From contig CAZUFC010000003.1 of the NCBI GenBank assembly GCA_964619725.1, positions 78,423-142,422 of the forward strand: a stretch of DNA of 64,000 bases, read 5' to 3'. Of the stretch, positions 9,468-20,148 are shown one piece after another (the first letter of the stretch is position 1; each line of letters opens with the position of its first letter). The stretch is from an uncultured bacterium (lineage in GTDB: Bacteria > CSSED10-310 > CAZUFC01). Under the pieces are notes generated by a model that was given only the letters and a program-made list of their open reading frames with translations, had not been told where the DNA came from and did not search any database. Made by a program: the position numbers and the translations under genes.

Positions 9468-10742
9468 TCATTCCCAGCCGAACTGCACGTATCCGATTTC
9501 GCCGATCAAATGTTCGACGTCCAGGAATCCCTGGTTGAACATGGCGGCATAAAATTCCACGCAGCAGAACGAACCGGCTCCGGTAGGCCAGGTGAAATCA
9601 AGTATATCCAGCGTTTGATCGCTTCCCCCCGGCAGGCCTTGCGTCGTCCAGTCGATATTCTGCGTCCAGCCGGGATACCAGAAAATCTCGCTTCCCACCA
9701 TCATCAGGATATAAAGATCAACGTCCACAGCCCCTTCGTTGTTGATCAGACGGCAATCAAGATTGAAAGGTTCCCCCGCGCTGAAAGTATCGTCGTTTAA
9801 TGATAAATATGCTCCTGTCTCTTCAGGCGGCGGCGTCGGCGTCGGATCGGAACCGTTGTTGATGAAATAATTCACATCCATCGTCAACTCGTCTATCGTT
9901 ATGTTCGTTCCCGATTCAGGATCATCGAAAGCCAGTTGCTGGATCGTCAAGCCCGAAAACCATAAATAGGATGGGGCATACCAGTAATTCTGGAACATCT
10001 CCGAACCGGGAGCCGTATCCGTCGCTACGGCCTTGTATGAAAATTCTCCGTTCTTCGTTTCCGTCCCTACCGTCTCGGCATCCAAAACAAAATCTGTCGA
10101 AATGTCGAATTCTTCGCTGATCGGATCGATAGGCATACCAGGAATGTCAAGCTCCGCTCCTATCATTCCGTATGCGTATACAGTCATGTTTACATTCCAC
10201 GTATCTCCTACGTTCGGCTCCATCTGGATGTTCACGAAAGGCGGCACATAATCCTCGCTCTCCTCAAGCGAAAAAGAACCTACGTTCACGAATCCTCCCC
10301 CGAAATCAGCTTCAAGGTCTCCGGAAATCACTCTTTTTCTCATCACAGATGCCAAATCCGCAGTCCTTACCCAAAACTCGCCGTTTATACTCGCTCCCTG
10401 TATCCGGGCGGGCGTCTCCGGCAATGGCGGATATGTCACGGAACCCGTTGCGTCCGCCGTCCCTGTATAGGTCACGACATATACTTCATGCGAACCTCCG
10501 CCGTGATTCATCGCCTTCGTTTCTATCGAACTCACCGTAAAAGTATTTCCGGATGCGGTGAAATCCAGACTGAAACTGCCGTCAGCCTTCTCATCAAATG
10601 AAAATTCTCCTGATGCCCTCAGTACCTGATCGATTCCATATTCATTTCCTACCGTCCATACAGGCACCGTCGCAGATGCCCAAGGCGCCGCATTCATCAA
10701 AAAAATGATGCCCGACAATGCTAAAAGCGTTCTCCTCAACAT
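9468..10742 (-). CDS. Secreted acidic beta-rich protein with PTPTP linker and C-terminal Ig-like domain
   Basis: GGAGG RBS before the ATG at 10742 (the track start at 10787 is less likely); signal peptide [34 protein letters not shown] linker. Confidence 0.75.
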   Translation of the reverse strand: MLRRTLLALSGIIFLMNAAPWASATVPVWTVGNEYGIDQVLRASGEFSFDEKADGSFSLDFTASGNTFTVSSIETKAMNHGGGSHEVYVVTYTGTADATGSVTYPPLPETPARIQGASINGEFWVRTADLASVMRKRVISGDLEADFGGGFVNVGSFSLEESEDYVPPFVNIQMEPNVGDTWNVNMTVYAYGMIGAELDIPGMPIDPISEEFDISTDFVLDAETVGTETKNGEFSYKAVATDTAPGSEMFQNYWYAPSYLWFSGLTIQQLAFDDPESGTNITIDELTMDVNYFINNGSDPTPTPPPEETGAYLSLNDDTFSAGEPFNLDCRLINNEGAVDVDLYILMMVGSEIFWYPGWTQNIDWTTQGLPGGSDQTLDILDFTWPTGAGSFCCVEFYAAMFNQGFLDVEHLIGEIGYVQFGWE

Positions 10743-10873
10743 TCCAAAACCTCCCTTGTAATTCGTAAAAAATTGATTATTCCTCATACTTCCGAACGAA
10801 TCAAATCTATTATAAATCTCATCACTCCCCTCATCTTCCGGATTAATTGTACTGAACCTTGTGTTCCTGAATC

Positions 10874-10902
10874 TTCATACCACCCCGGAGCCGCTTTGTC
10901 AA
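10874..10902 (-). promoter_or_regulatory. Putative sigma70 promoter for 9468-10742
   Basis: Minus strand TTGACA-N17-TATGAA. Confidence 0.5.
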
Positions 10903-11147
10903 GACAACTGAAAAACTTTTGCCGCAAATACAGCAACCTTCTCTGAAATGATTTTTCGGGCCGCAGCCGGCTTTTAATCTCTTTTTTTCGTTCAATGCCT
11001 CAGCAGCGCTTTAAAATTTCGATGTTAACTTGACAGGATAGAGTCGAATAATGTACCTTAAAAGGGCAAAATCAGGATTTCACTGACAGAAAGAAATCCG
11101 AATATCGGCGGGAAATTGATAGACCGCGGAACGAGGTGACGAACCCA

Positions 11148-12953
11148 ATGAGTCTTAAAATAGGCGAGCAATTAGTAAAGGCTGATCTAATATCTGAAGA
11201 ACAGTTGGAGCAGGCGCTGGCCCATCAGAAAAAGACGAACAGCGGAAGGCTGGGCAGCATTTTAATCAAACTCGGTTTTGTATCGGAGGAAGAGGTTACG
11301 GAAGCGTTGGCGGAGCAGTTTGGCGTGCCGGCGATCAACCTGTCGGACTTTGAAATCGATCCCAACGTATTAAAATTGGTTTCTGCCGATGTTGCTCGAA
11401 GATATCAACTTATTCCGATTTCCAGGACGGGTTCTTCTCTGACGATCGCCATGGCTGATCCGACCAACGTATTCGCCCAGGACGACATAAAATTTATTAC
11501 GGGGTATCATGTGGAGGCTGTGGTGGCTTCTGAGGCAGCGGTTCAGGAGGCTATAAAAAAGTATTACGGAACAGGAAAAAGCATCGTAGGGACATCGTTC
11601 GATCTGGATGACCCGGCGGAACTGGAAATCGAAGACTACAAGCAGTTCGACGAGGAATTGGACGAAGAATTCGATGAAGAGATGATCAACATAGGCGATT
11701 TTGAAGACCTGGTTACTCAGTCAGTGGATGAGCTGGAAATAGCGGAAGAGACAGATGAGATAGATACTTTGCGTGAAGAGGATGTCGACGCTCCGATCGT
11801 CAAGCTGGTAAACGGCATTTTAATCAAAGCGATCAATTCGGGTGTGAGCGACATACACTTTGAACCTTATGAAAAGCAATTCAGGGTGCGATACAGGTTG
11901 GACGGAGTGCTTCGCAAGGAGCTGGCTCTTCCGATGAGGATCAAAAACGCGGTTACGTCGCGATTAAAGATTATGGCGAGTTTGGACATTTCCGAGAAGA
12001 GGCTTCCCCAGGACGGTCGTATTAAAATGAAGCTGGGACCGAGAAGGGAGATCGATTTCCGCGTTTCTGCCATGCCGACGCTTTACGGCGAAAAAGTGGT
12101 GCTCAGAATTCTGGATAAAGCCAGCCTGAAACTCGACATGACCCAACTGGGATTTGAATCGCAGCAATTGGCGGAGTTTCAGGAGGCTATTCACAAGCCT
12201 TACGGAATGGTGCTGGTCAGCGGACCTACAGGAAGCGGGAAAACTACGACGCTTTACTCCGCTCTCAGTCAGCTGAATTCTGTCGCTGACAACATCATGA
12301 CCGCTGAAGACCCTGTGGAATATAACCTGATGGGGATTAATCAGGTTCAGATGAAAGACGATATCGGACTCAATTTTGCCGCAGCGCTGCGCTCTTTTTT
12401 AAGGCAGGACCCGGATATCATCATGGTGGGTGAGATTCGAGATTTTGAAACCGCTGAAATCGGGATCAAGGCCGCCTTGACAGGACATCTGGTTTTAAGT
12501 ACTATTCATACTAACGACGCTCCGAGCACGATTAACCGTCTTTTGAACATGGGTATTGAACCGTTCCTCGTTTCGAGTTCCCTGATTCTGGTTCAGGCAC
12601 AAAGATTGGCGCGAAGAGTCTGTAAAAATTGCGCCGAACCCGTTCATCTGCCGCCGGAAGCTTTGCTGGACATTGGATTCGATGAGGAAGAAATCGACGA
12701 ATTGGTGATATATAAAGGAAGAGGCTGTCAGGAATGCGGCGAAACCGGATATAAAGGGAGAATAGCTCTGTTTGAAGTGATGCCGATTACGGATGAGTTG
12801 AGAGAACTGATCCTGAGAGGAGCTTCTTCCATGGAAATAAAAGAAACTGCCATGGCTTTAGGAATGAGAACATTGCGAGATTCCGGATTGGAAAAGATTC
12901 GCGAGGGAATAACAAGCGTTGAGGAAATCGTGCGCGTAACTTTCGGTAATTAG
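11148..12953 (+). CDS. pilB: Type IV-A pilus assembly ATPase PilB with N-terminal MshEN-like domain
   Basis: SDIHFEP, GPTGSGKTTTLY, LRQDPDIIMVGEIRD and tetracysteine CKNC...CQEC. GAGGTG RBS favours the ATG at 11148. Confidence 0.96.
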   Translation: MSLKIGEQLVKADLISEEQLEQALAHQKKTNSGRLGSILIKLGFVSEEEVTEALAEQFGVPAINLSDFEIDPNVLKLVSADVARRYQLIPISRTGSSLTIAMADPTNVFAQDDIKFITGYHVEAVVASEAAVQEAIKKYYGTGKSIVGTSFDLDDPAELEIEDYKQFDEELDEEFDEEMINIGDFEDLVTQSVDELEIAEETDEIDTLREEDVDAPIVKLVNGILIKAINSGVSDIHFEPYEKQFRVRYRLDGVLRKELALPMRIKNAVTSRLKIMASLDISEKRLPQDGRIKMKLGPRREIDFRVSAMPTLYGEKVVLRILDKASLKLDMTQLGFESQQLAEFQEAIHKPYGMVLVSGPTGSGKTTTLYSALSQLNSVADNIMTAEDPVEYNLMGINQVQMKDDIGLNFAAALRSFLRQDPDIIMVGEIRDFETAEIGIKAALTGHLVLSTIHTNDAPSTINRLLNMGIEPFLVSSSLILVQAQRLARRVCKNCAEPVHLPPEALLDIGFDEEEIDELVIYKGRGCQECGETGYKGRIALFEVMPITDELRELILRGASSMEIKETAMALGMRTLRDSGLEKIREGITSVEEIVRVTFGN

Positions 12954-12970
12954 GCTTTCGGGAGATTATT

Positions 12971-14074
12971 ATGCTGAGTTTGACGACTCTTTTATCTGTT
13001 TTGCTGGAGAAGAAGGCTACGGATTTACATATAACGACAGGCGTCTGTCCGCATTTAAGAATAGACGGCATACTGCATCCGTTGTCTCAATTTCCCGTTC
13101 TGGGGCCCAAAGATACCAAGCAACTGGCTTACAGTATTTTAACCGACGTTCAGAAACACAAGTTGGAAGCGGATAAGGAATTGGACTTTTCATTCGGGAT
13201 AAGAGGATTGAGCCGCTTTCGCGCCAACGTATTCATGCAGCGCGGGGCTGTGGCTATGGCCATCAGAACCATCCCTTTCCGCATACCCAGTTTTGAAGAG
13301 TTGGGTTTGCCCAGGGTTATCTCTGATTTGGCTCATAAGCCTAAAGGGCTCATACTGGTGACAGGTCCGACCGGATGCGGGAAATCGACTACTCTGGCGG
13401 CCATCATTGACAAAATCAACCGAGAGAAAAAATTACATGTCGTAACGATAGAAGACCCGATCGAATATCTGCATCAGCATCACGGGTGCGTGGTTAATCA
13501 GAGAGAAATCCTGGCCGACACGAAATCATTCGCCGCCGCTCTTCGATCTATTCTCAGGCAAGACCCGGACGTGATACTCGTCGGAGAGATGAGAGACCTG
13601 GAAACCATTCAGGCCGCTTTGCGATGCGCTGAAACCGGTCACCTTACCTTCGCCACGCTCCACACCAACTCAACCGTCGAAACGGTCAACCGTATTATCG
13701 ATGTTTTTCCGCCTCATCAGCAACAGCAAATTCGCACCCAGTTGTCATTCGTCCTCGAAGGCATCGTCTGTCAAACGCTCCTCCCCAGAAGAAGCGGTAA
13801 AGGCCGCGTCCTCGCTCTTGAAATTATGTGCCCCAACGATGCCATCAGAAATCTGGTCAGAGAAGACAAGATTCATCAAATTTATTCCATTATGCAGATG
13901 GGACAGGATCGATACGGGATGGTCACTTTTAATCAGTCTTTGCTTGCGCTCTATTTAAGAAAACAGATTTCCCTCCAGGAAGCCAGAAATAGAACGATGA
14001 AACCCCAGGAATTCGAGCAAATGTTGCTGAAATCCGGAGAGACTCAGGTTTCTTCTCGCCATAGAAGAATTTGA
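12971..14074 (+). CDS. pilT: Type IV pilus retraction ATPase PilT
   Basis: GPTGCGKSTT, TIEDPIEY, AETGHLTFATLHTN and the AIRNLVRE PilT signature. Confidence 0.96.
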   Translation: MLSLTTLLSVLLEKKATDLHITTGVCPHLRIDGILHPLSQFPVLGPKDTKQLAYSILTDVQKHKLEADKELDFSFGIRGLSRFRANVFMQRGAVAMAIRTIPFRIPSFEELGLPRVISDLAHKPKGLILVTGPTGCGKSTTLAAIIDKINREKKLHVVTIEDPIEYLHQHHGCVVNQREILADTKSFAAALRSILRQDPDVILVGEMRDLETIQAALRCAETGHLTFATLHTNSTVETVNRIIDVFPPHQQQQIRTQLSFVLEGIVCQTLLPRRSGKGRVLALEIMCPNDAIRNLVREDKIHQIYSIMQMGQDRYGMVTFNQSLLALYLRKQISLQEARNRTMKPQEFEQMLLKSGETQVSSRHRRI

Positions 14075-14147
14075 CATTTTTTAACAGAGGACAAGACTTT
14101 GTTTAGAAAACAATTCCTTTCAAATCTTTAGATGGAGGAAAATCAAA

Positions 14148-15362
14148 ATGGCCGAATTCAAATGGATCGGTAAGGATCAGACCGGTAAGGAAGTAAAAGG
14201 AGTCATGTCGGCCGAAACCTCCGATCAAGTTAAACTCCAATTGCGCCGACAGAAAATAGAGCCCGTCAATGTTAAGAAGAGATTGAAGGACATTCAGATT
14301 GTTATTCCGGGACTGTCTTATCGTATTACGGAGAGAGATCTGGTGGTTTTTACCCGAACCTTTTCCACAATGGTCGATGCCGGGCTTCCGCTGGTGCAAT
14401 GCCTGGAAATCCTTTCACAGCAGACGGAGAACCCGGTTTTCGCCAAGGCGATCAATGATATTCGACAAAATGTCGAATCCGGAAGTACATACGCCGATGC
14501 TTTGCGTAAACATCCCAAAATTTTCAATGAATTGTATTGCAATATGGTGGAAGCGGGCGAAACGGGCGGTATTCTCGACACTATCTTGAACCGACTTGCC
14601 TCATACATGGAAAAAAATATATCGTTGAAGCGACAGGTCAAATCCGCACTGGTTTATCCCGGATTCATCATCACGGCTGCAGTGATCGTTATTTCATTCA
14701 TGATGTACTATGTGATACCGACTTTTACCCAGATTTTCGTCCAGTTGGGCAGCACGCTTCCTTTGCCGACGAAAATAGTTATGGGCATCTCTTCCGTAGT
14801 CAAATCGTATATTCACTTTTTCATCTTGGGCATCATATTGATCATTTTGGGCATTCGAGCGATTCACAAGCGGGAGAAAGGCGCATTGTTCATTGACGGA
14901 CTTCTTTTAAAATTACCGGTTCTGGGCTCGTTGTTCAGAAAAGTCGCTGTCGCCAAGTTCACGAGAACTCTGGGAACTCTCATCAGTTCGGGCGTTTCCA
15001 TCCTCGATGGTCTGGAAATTACGGCGAAAACGTCAGGAAATAAAGTCGTTGAGGAAGCCGTGATGAAAACGCGTGTCAGCATTAGCGAAGGAAAAACCAT
15101 TTCCGAACCATTGGCTCAGACCGAAGTCTTTCCTCCCATGGTCGTTCAGATGATTGCCGTGGGAGAATCTACCGGTGCGCTGGATTCCATGTTGGAAAAA
15201 ATTGCAGACTTTTACGATGAAGAAGTCGATGTGGCCGTCGCTAATCTTACGCAGTTGCTGGAACCGTTTATGGTGGTTTTTCTGGGGGTTACCGTAGGCG
15301 GCATCGTCGTCGCCATGTACATGCCGCTGTTTAAATTAATCGGCGAGTTGTCCATGCGCTGA
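14148..15362 (+). CDS. pilC: Type IV pilus platform protein PilC (GspF family)
   Basis: FTRTFSTMVDAGLPL, AGETGGILD, VGESTGALD, LLEP...VAMYMPLF; follows pilB-pilT. Confidence 0.95.
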   Translation: MAEFKWIGKDQTGKEVKGVMSAETSDQVKLQLRRQKIEPVNVKKRLKDIQIVIPGLSYRITERDLVVFTRTFSTMVDAGLPLVQCLEILSQQTENPVFAKAINDIRQNVESGSTYADALRKHPKIFNELYCNMVEAGETGGILDTILNRLASYMEKNISLKRQVKSALVYPGFIITAAVIVISFMMYYVIPTFTQIFVQLGSTLPLPTKIVMGISSVVKSYIHFFILGIILIILGIRAIHKREKGALFIDGLLLKLPVLGSLFRKVAVAKFTRTLGTLISSGVSILDGLEITAKTSGNKVVEEAVMKTRVSISEGKTISEPLAQTEVFPPMVVQMIAVGESTGALDSMLEKIADFYDEEVDVAVANLTQLLEPFMVVFLGVTVGGIVVAMYMPLFKLIGELSMR

Positions 15363-15412
15363 TAATTTCTTCACGAAAAATTCCGGATCGAGGATGCACG
15401 TTTGTTTACAAC

Positions 15413-17176
15413 GTGATGGTTGATATCGATAGTGATCGAAAAAGAATACGGACATTAATCGCAGTCCGTGTCGTCGTCGCTCTTACACTTCTCCTGGGAT
15501 CGGGAATACCTCTTTACATCGGGAGCGAATTCACTAAATCCGTATCGCTTATCCTGTTTAAATTCGTGTTCGTTATTTTCGCCGTTTCTCTGGTTTATTC
15601 CCTTTTATTAAACAGGATCAGGAGAGTTCTTTTTTTCGGTTGCATTCAGATTATCGTCGACGTTATTTTGGAATCGGTCATCGTTTTCTATACCGGTCAG
15701 ACTGGCAGTCCTTTCACCATCCTATACATTTTTACAATTATCTACGCCGGGATTATTCTCAGAAAACATTCCTGCTTCATCTTTGCTGCGCTCTGTTCGA
15801 GCATGTACGTCTGGATGGTCGCAGGAAAAATGCTGAATGTTCTTCCCTTGAAAGAGACCGTTTTCACTCATTTGAACGTCACGATGCCGGTTTCCGAGCT
15901 GGTTTATTTCACAATCGTCAATTTGATCGGCTTTTTTACCGTCGCTTATTTTACCGACTACATATCCGGAAAATTGGAACACACGGATAAACTGCTCAAT
16001 CAGCAGATTTCTCTCGTCGGAGATTTGCAATCTCTAAGATCGAATATACTGCAAAGTATGGCCAATGGCCTCATAACTCTGAACGGCAATGGAGAAATAG
16101 ACCTCGTCAACAACGCTGGGGAGCGTATCCTCGGTTTGCGAGAAGAACAGCTCCAAAGAAAACTCATTGAAGAGATTTTTCCTGATTCTACGGCTGAAAA
16201 AATTAAAAATATAATTAAAAATTTGTCGCAATCAGGAGAGCTCAACGAAGAATTCGAATATATAAAGGAAGGCAAAAATATTCCTCTGGGGCTGGCGGCG
16301 TCTCCTCTGAAAGATGCCAGAGGAAGACAAGTCGGCGCGCTGATATTGCTCAATGATTTGACAAACAAAAAAGAGCTGGAGAAGCACAAGCAGGCGGCCG
16401 ACCGGTGGGCTGCAGTTGCTGAACTCGCAGCCAACATGGCCCATGAAATCAGGAATCCCCTGGCCGCGATCAGCGGCAGCATTGAAGTCTTGCAGGAATC
16501 CATGAAGCTGGACGATACCGATACCCGGCTCATGGACATTATTCTGCGCGAATCGAGCCGACTGAATACACTGATTTCAGACTTCCTGAATTACGCTAAA
16601 CCGCCCGTACTTGAGAAAAACCAATGCGACCTTATTAAGCTGCTCAAAGAAACATCTACTCTCGCCGAATCGGATACTGGAAGGAAGAATCAATTGAAAA
16701 TAATCAGCGATTACAGGATTTCTTCCTTGTATATTCCTCTTGATGCCAAGCAGATTAAACAGGTTTTCTGGAACTTGATTCGTAACGCTATGGAAGCCAT
16801 GCCTGAAGGCGGAATTTTAAAAATTTCAGTCACTAAGGAAAAATATATTAATTCCTCTGACCAGCCTGCCAATTCCAGGGATAAATTTTTCGTCATAGGA
16901 GCCGATGCGATAGAGAATATGGAATATGCCTGCATTTCTTTTAAAGATAACGGGATAGGGATTTCCGAGGAGAATCTGAGTTCTATTTTTAATCCATTCA
17001 CAAGCTTTAAAGAGAACGGATCGGGTTTGGGATTAGCCATCTCATATCGTATAATAAAAGATCATGGAGGAAGGATTGCCGTTAAAAGCATCCCGAATGT
17101 CGGAACGGTTATTGATCTATTCCTTCCTTTGGAACAAACCGCCGAAATGCTGACGGCCGTTACCCAGGAGATTTGA
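15413..17176 (+). CDS. pilS: PilS-like sensor histidine kinase (multi-TM, PAS, HisKA, HATPase)
   Basis: About 6 TM segments, AHEIRNPL, NLIRNA, DNGIGI, GSGLGLAI; position between pilC and an NtrC-type regulator. Confidence 0.85.
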   Translation: MMVDIDSDRKRIRTLIAVRVVVALTLLLGSGIPLYIGSEFTKSVSLILFKFVFVIFAVSLVYSLLLNRIRRVLFFGCIQIIVDVILESVIVFYTGQTGSPFTILYIFTIIYAGIILRKHSCFIFAALCSSMYVWMVAGKMLNVLPLKETVFTHLNVTMPVSELVYFTIVNLIGFFTVAYFTDYISGKLEHTDKLLNQQISLVGDLQSLRSNILQSMANGLITLNGNGEIDLVNNAGERILGLREEQLQRKLIEEIFPDSTAEKIKNIIKNLSQSGELNEEFEYIKEGKNIPLGLAASPLKDARGRQVGALILLNDLTNKKELEKHKQAADRWAAVAELAANMAHEIRNPLAAISGSIEVLQESMKLDDTDTRLMDIILRESSRLNTLISDFLNYAKPPVLEKNQCDLIKLLKETSTLAESDTGRKNQLKIISDYRISSLYIPLDAKQIKQVFWNLIRNAMEAMPEGGILKISVTKEKYINSSDQPANSRDKFFVIGADAIENMEYACISFKDNGIGISEENLSSIFNPFTSFKENGSGLGLAISYRIIKDHGGRIAVKSIPNVGTVIDLFLPLEQTAEMLTAVTQEI

Positions 17177-18579
17177 TGGGAAAACTACTTGTCGTCGATG
17201 ATGAGCCGAGCATCTGCGCTATGCTCAGCATAATGTTTGAGAAACAGGGACATTCGGTCAAATCATGCACCAGCGCTCAAAAAGCCCTCGCCTCTATCCA
17301 GGACGAAAATGAATTCGATGTTCTGATTTCCGATATCAAGATGCCTGAAATGGATGGTCTGGAGCTTTTGAAGTCAGTTAAAAACATAAATCCCAATCTT
17401 CCGGTCATTTTAATTACGGCTCATGACAATAAAGAAACCGCCGTTTCCGCGTTGAAACACGGCGCCGAGGATTACATTGTTAAGCCTTGGAAAAAGGAGG
17501 AATTGAGGTTTCTGGTTGAGAGGGCCATTCGGAACCGTCGACTGAAAGAAGAGAATTTGATTCTCAAGCAGGAATTACAAACGCATTATCGATTTGAAAA
17601 TATTATCGGTAACAGCAAAAAAATTAGAAATATTTGGGGTACGATAAGAAAAGTGGCGGACCTGGATGCCACTGTTCTGATTACGGGCGAAAGCGGTACC
17701 GGAAAAGAGCTCATAGCATCGGCCATTCATTATGCAGGAGCCCGAAAAGAGAAGCCTTTCGTCACCGTCAATTGCGGCGCTTTACCTGAAAGCCTGCTTG
17801 AATCGGAACTTTTCGGACATAAAAAAGGAGCTTTTACAGGCGCTTATCAGAATAAGCCGGGTTTATGCGAAGTGGCGCATACCGGGACAGTGTTTCTTGA
17901 TGAAATCGGTGAAATAAGTCCCTCATTTCAGATAAAACTGCTCCGTTTCCTCAACGATAAAAAGTTGAAAAGATTGGGCAGCGTGGACGACATTACCGTG
18001 GACGTCAGAGTTATAGCCGCTACAAATAAAGACCTCCAGGCCGCAGTAAACGAGGATAAATTCCGCCAGGACCTCTTCTATCGGCTGAACGTCATTCCTA
18101 TACACGTGCCGCCGCTGAGGGAAAGGAAGGAAGATGTTCCTCTTCTCGCCGAATTTTTTCTTCAAAAATATTGTGAAAGATGTCGATGTGAATTGAAAAG
18201 ATGTTCTTCAGAAGCCATAAATCTCATGATAGAATACAAATGGCCGGGCAATGTGAGGGAACTGGAAAACGTCATCGAAAGAACGGTGGCTTTGGAACCG
18301 AAGCCTTTGATCATTCCGGAAAGTCTGCCTCCGGAGATTCGTCAAGCCGGCAGAAAAAAATATTATTCGATAAACGATATAGAAAAAGAACCGGCCAGTC
18401 TTGACGATATTCTCAGCAATATTGAGAAGAATATTCTGGTCGATGCGTTAAAGAAAACCGACGGGGTAAAAATGAAAGCCGCAGAATATTTGAAGATCAG
18501 TTTCCGTTCATTAAGATATCGGTTGCAAAAACACGGATTAGGCGATAACAATAACGTCGATGAAACGAAGGAGTTATAG
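17176..18579 (+). CDS. pilR: PilR-like sigma54-dependent response regulator (REC-AAA-HTH)
   Basis: LLVVDDE, GESGTGKE, GAFTGA, WPGNVRELEN and HTH ISFRSLRYRL; TGATG coupling to pilS. Confidence 0.88.
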   Translation: MGKLLVVDDEPSICAMLSIMFEKQGHSVKSCTSAQKALASIQDENEFDVLISDIKMPEMDGLELLKSVKNINPNLPVILITAHDNKETAVSALKHGAEDYIVKPWKKEELRFLVERAIRNRRLKEENLILKQELQTHYRFENIIGNSKKIRNIWGTIRKVADLDATVLITGESGTGKELIASAIHYAGARKEKPFVTVNCGALPESLLESELFGHKKGAFTGAYQNKPGLCEVAHTGTVFLDEIGEISPSFQIKLLRFLNDKKLKRLGSVDDITVDVRVIAATNKDLQAAVNEDKFRQDLFYRLNVIPIHVPPLRERKEDVPLLAEFFLQKYCERCRCELKRCSSEAINLMIEYKWPGNVRELENVIERTVALEPKPLIIPESLPPEIRQAGRKKYYSINDIEKEPASLDDILSNIEKNILVDALKKTDGVKMKAAEYLKISFRSLRYRLQKHGLGDNNNVDETKEL

Positions 18580-18618
18580 AACAACAAGGATGAGGTTCAT
18601 TAAAGTTGGGAGGAAAAT

Positions 18619-19029
18619 ATGTCAGAGAGAATTAAAAATGTTTTGAAAAAACAAGAGGGGAAAGCGGATTCCAAGCTGCCTTCCATTATCTTGCTGATCA
18701 TTATAATCGTTGGGGCTTTTGCGGCATACAAGTTCGTTCCGCCTTACTTTCAGAAGATGAAATTTGAACAGGAAATAACGGAAATATTGAATTGGGACCA
18801 GTTTCATCAAGGTTCAAGACCTCCTGACGAAAAAAAAGTGTTCCAGGAAGTGACGGACCTGGCGAAAAAAATGCAAGTGCCGCTCAAGGATGAAAATCTT
18901 GATGTCAAAAGGACGGAAGACAAGCCATATCGGATCGCCGTTAATCTGAATTACACGGTTGAAGTATCCTTGCCGATAATCGGCGCCAAACCCTTGCAAT
19001 TCTATATTCATAAGGTGCAGGACAAATAA
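18619..19029 (+). CDS. Single-TM protein with pilin-like leader (DUF4845-like)
   Basis: GGAGG RBS; basic leader KKQEG followed by a hydrophobic helix ending FVPPY; C-terminal YTVEVSLP strand. Confidence 0.6.
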   Translation: MSERIKNVLKKQEGKADSKLPSIILLIIIIVGAFAAYKFVPPYFQKMKFEQEITEILNWDQFHQGSRPPDEKKVFQEVTDLAKKMQVPLKDENLDVKRTEDKPYRIAVNLNYTVEVSLPIIGAKPLQFYIHKVQDK

Positions 19030-19093
19030 GTTTTTCAGGAACCCACCAATTTTTCACGTTAGTAGCCTTTTTTCTGCGAATTACAGGAAAAAA

Positions 19094-20140
19094 GTGAACG
19101 TATCTATCTTTTCCCCAAGCTTTCCCTTTATCGACGGCGGTTGCGAACTTTTAGGAAAAAGCCTTGAAAAAAAATTGAATCAGAAAGGTTTCAGAAGCCG
19201 TTTACTCTATTCGCCGCAGCATCGTTTTGACCGGCAATGGTCCTCTTACCTGTGTCATTGGTTGTGGAGGGCAGAAGAGAGCGAAAATGGGGAATCGAGC
19301 GACGCCGTGATTTCGCTGAAATATCCCGCTTTCCTGGTCCGTCATCCCAATCACATACTCTGGCTGACTCACAGGATGAGGGTGTATTACGACCTGTGGC
19401 CGCAATTTTATTCTTCTTTAGCATCCTTGCCGGCACGGGTATCGGCGCTGGCGAGAAAAAGGATAATTCATCGGATTGATTATCGGGCCATAACAAGAGT
19501 CAAGAAAGTTTTTGCTATATCGGCCTGCGTTGCCGATCGACTGAAAAAATGGGGCGGCATACGCGCTGAAGTGCTGAATCCTCCGCCGCCTGAACGGGAT
19601 TATGCATCCCGGGATTACGGAAATTACTTTCTGGCGGTTTCAAGACTGGAAAAATTGAAGAGACTGCAACTCTTTATAGAAGCGGTCGGCTTAATGAAAA
19701 ACAAAGACTTCAAGGCACATATTATCGGGGATGGACCTTACAAAAAAAAACTGATCGATTTAATTAATGAAAGGCGGCTGAATCATCGCGTTATTCTTAT
19801 GGGAAATCTATCAGACGAATCCCTTGTCGACGGATATGGAAGGGCCCGCGCTGTCTTTTTCGGTCCTTTTCAGGAGGACTACGGTTTCGTGAGTCTGGAA
19901 GCTTTTCGTTCTGAAAAACCGGTCATTACCTGTTCAGACAGTGGAGGAACCCTGCAATGGGTTAAAAATGAGAAGACGGGATTCGTCACCGAACCCCAGG
20001 CAGGATCAATCGCCGCCGTTCTGGATTTGCTGGCTGAAAACCCGGATGTTGCAAAAGAATTAGGGAAAGCAGCGGCAAAATCCATAAAGAATCTGAACTG
20101 GGACTCAACCGTTGAAACTTTAATACGATCTATGCAGTGA
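19094..20140 (+). CDS. Glycosyltransferase family 4
   Basis: SRLEKLKR and EDYGFVSLEAF (ExxG..lEA) GT-B motifs. Confidence 0.9.
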   Translation: MNVSIFSPSFPFIDGGCELLGKSLEKKLNQKGFRSRLLYSPQHRFDRQWSSYLCHWLWRAEESENGESSDAVISLKYPAFLVRHPNHILWLTHRMRVYYDLWPQFYSSLASLPARVSALARKRIIHRIDYRAITRVKKVFAISACVADRLKKWGGIRAEVLNPPPPERDYASRDYGNYFLAVSRLEKLKRLQLFIEAVGLMKNKDFKAHIIGDGPYKKKLIDLINERRLNHRVILMGNLSDESLVDGYGRARAVFFGPFQEDYGFVSLEAFRSEKPVITCSDSGGTLQWVKNEKTGFVTEPQAGSIAAVLDLLAENPDVAKELGKAAAKSIKNLNWDSTVETLIRSMQ

Positions 20141-20148
20141 GGATTTTT

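Noticed and set aside
11061-11130. c-di-GMP-I riboswitch upstream of pilB (GGGCAAA...AAAG)
   Set aside because: The GNRA-capped P2, the GCAAAG junction and the P3 receptor are missing; only a simple GGATTTC/GAAATCC hairpin is present.
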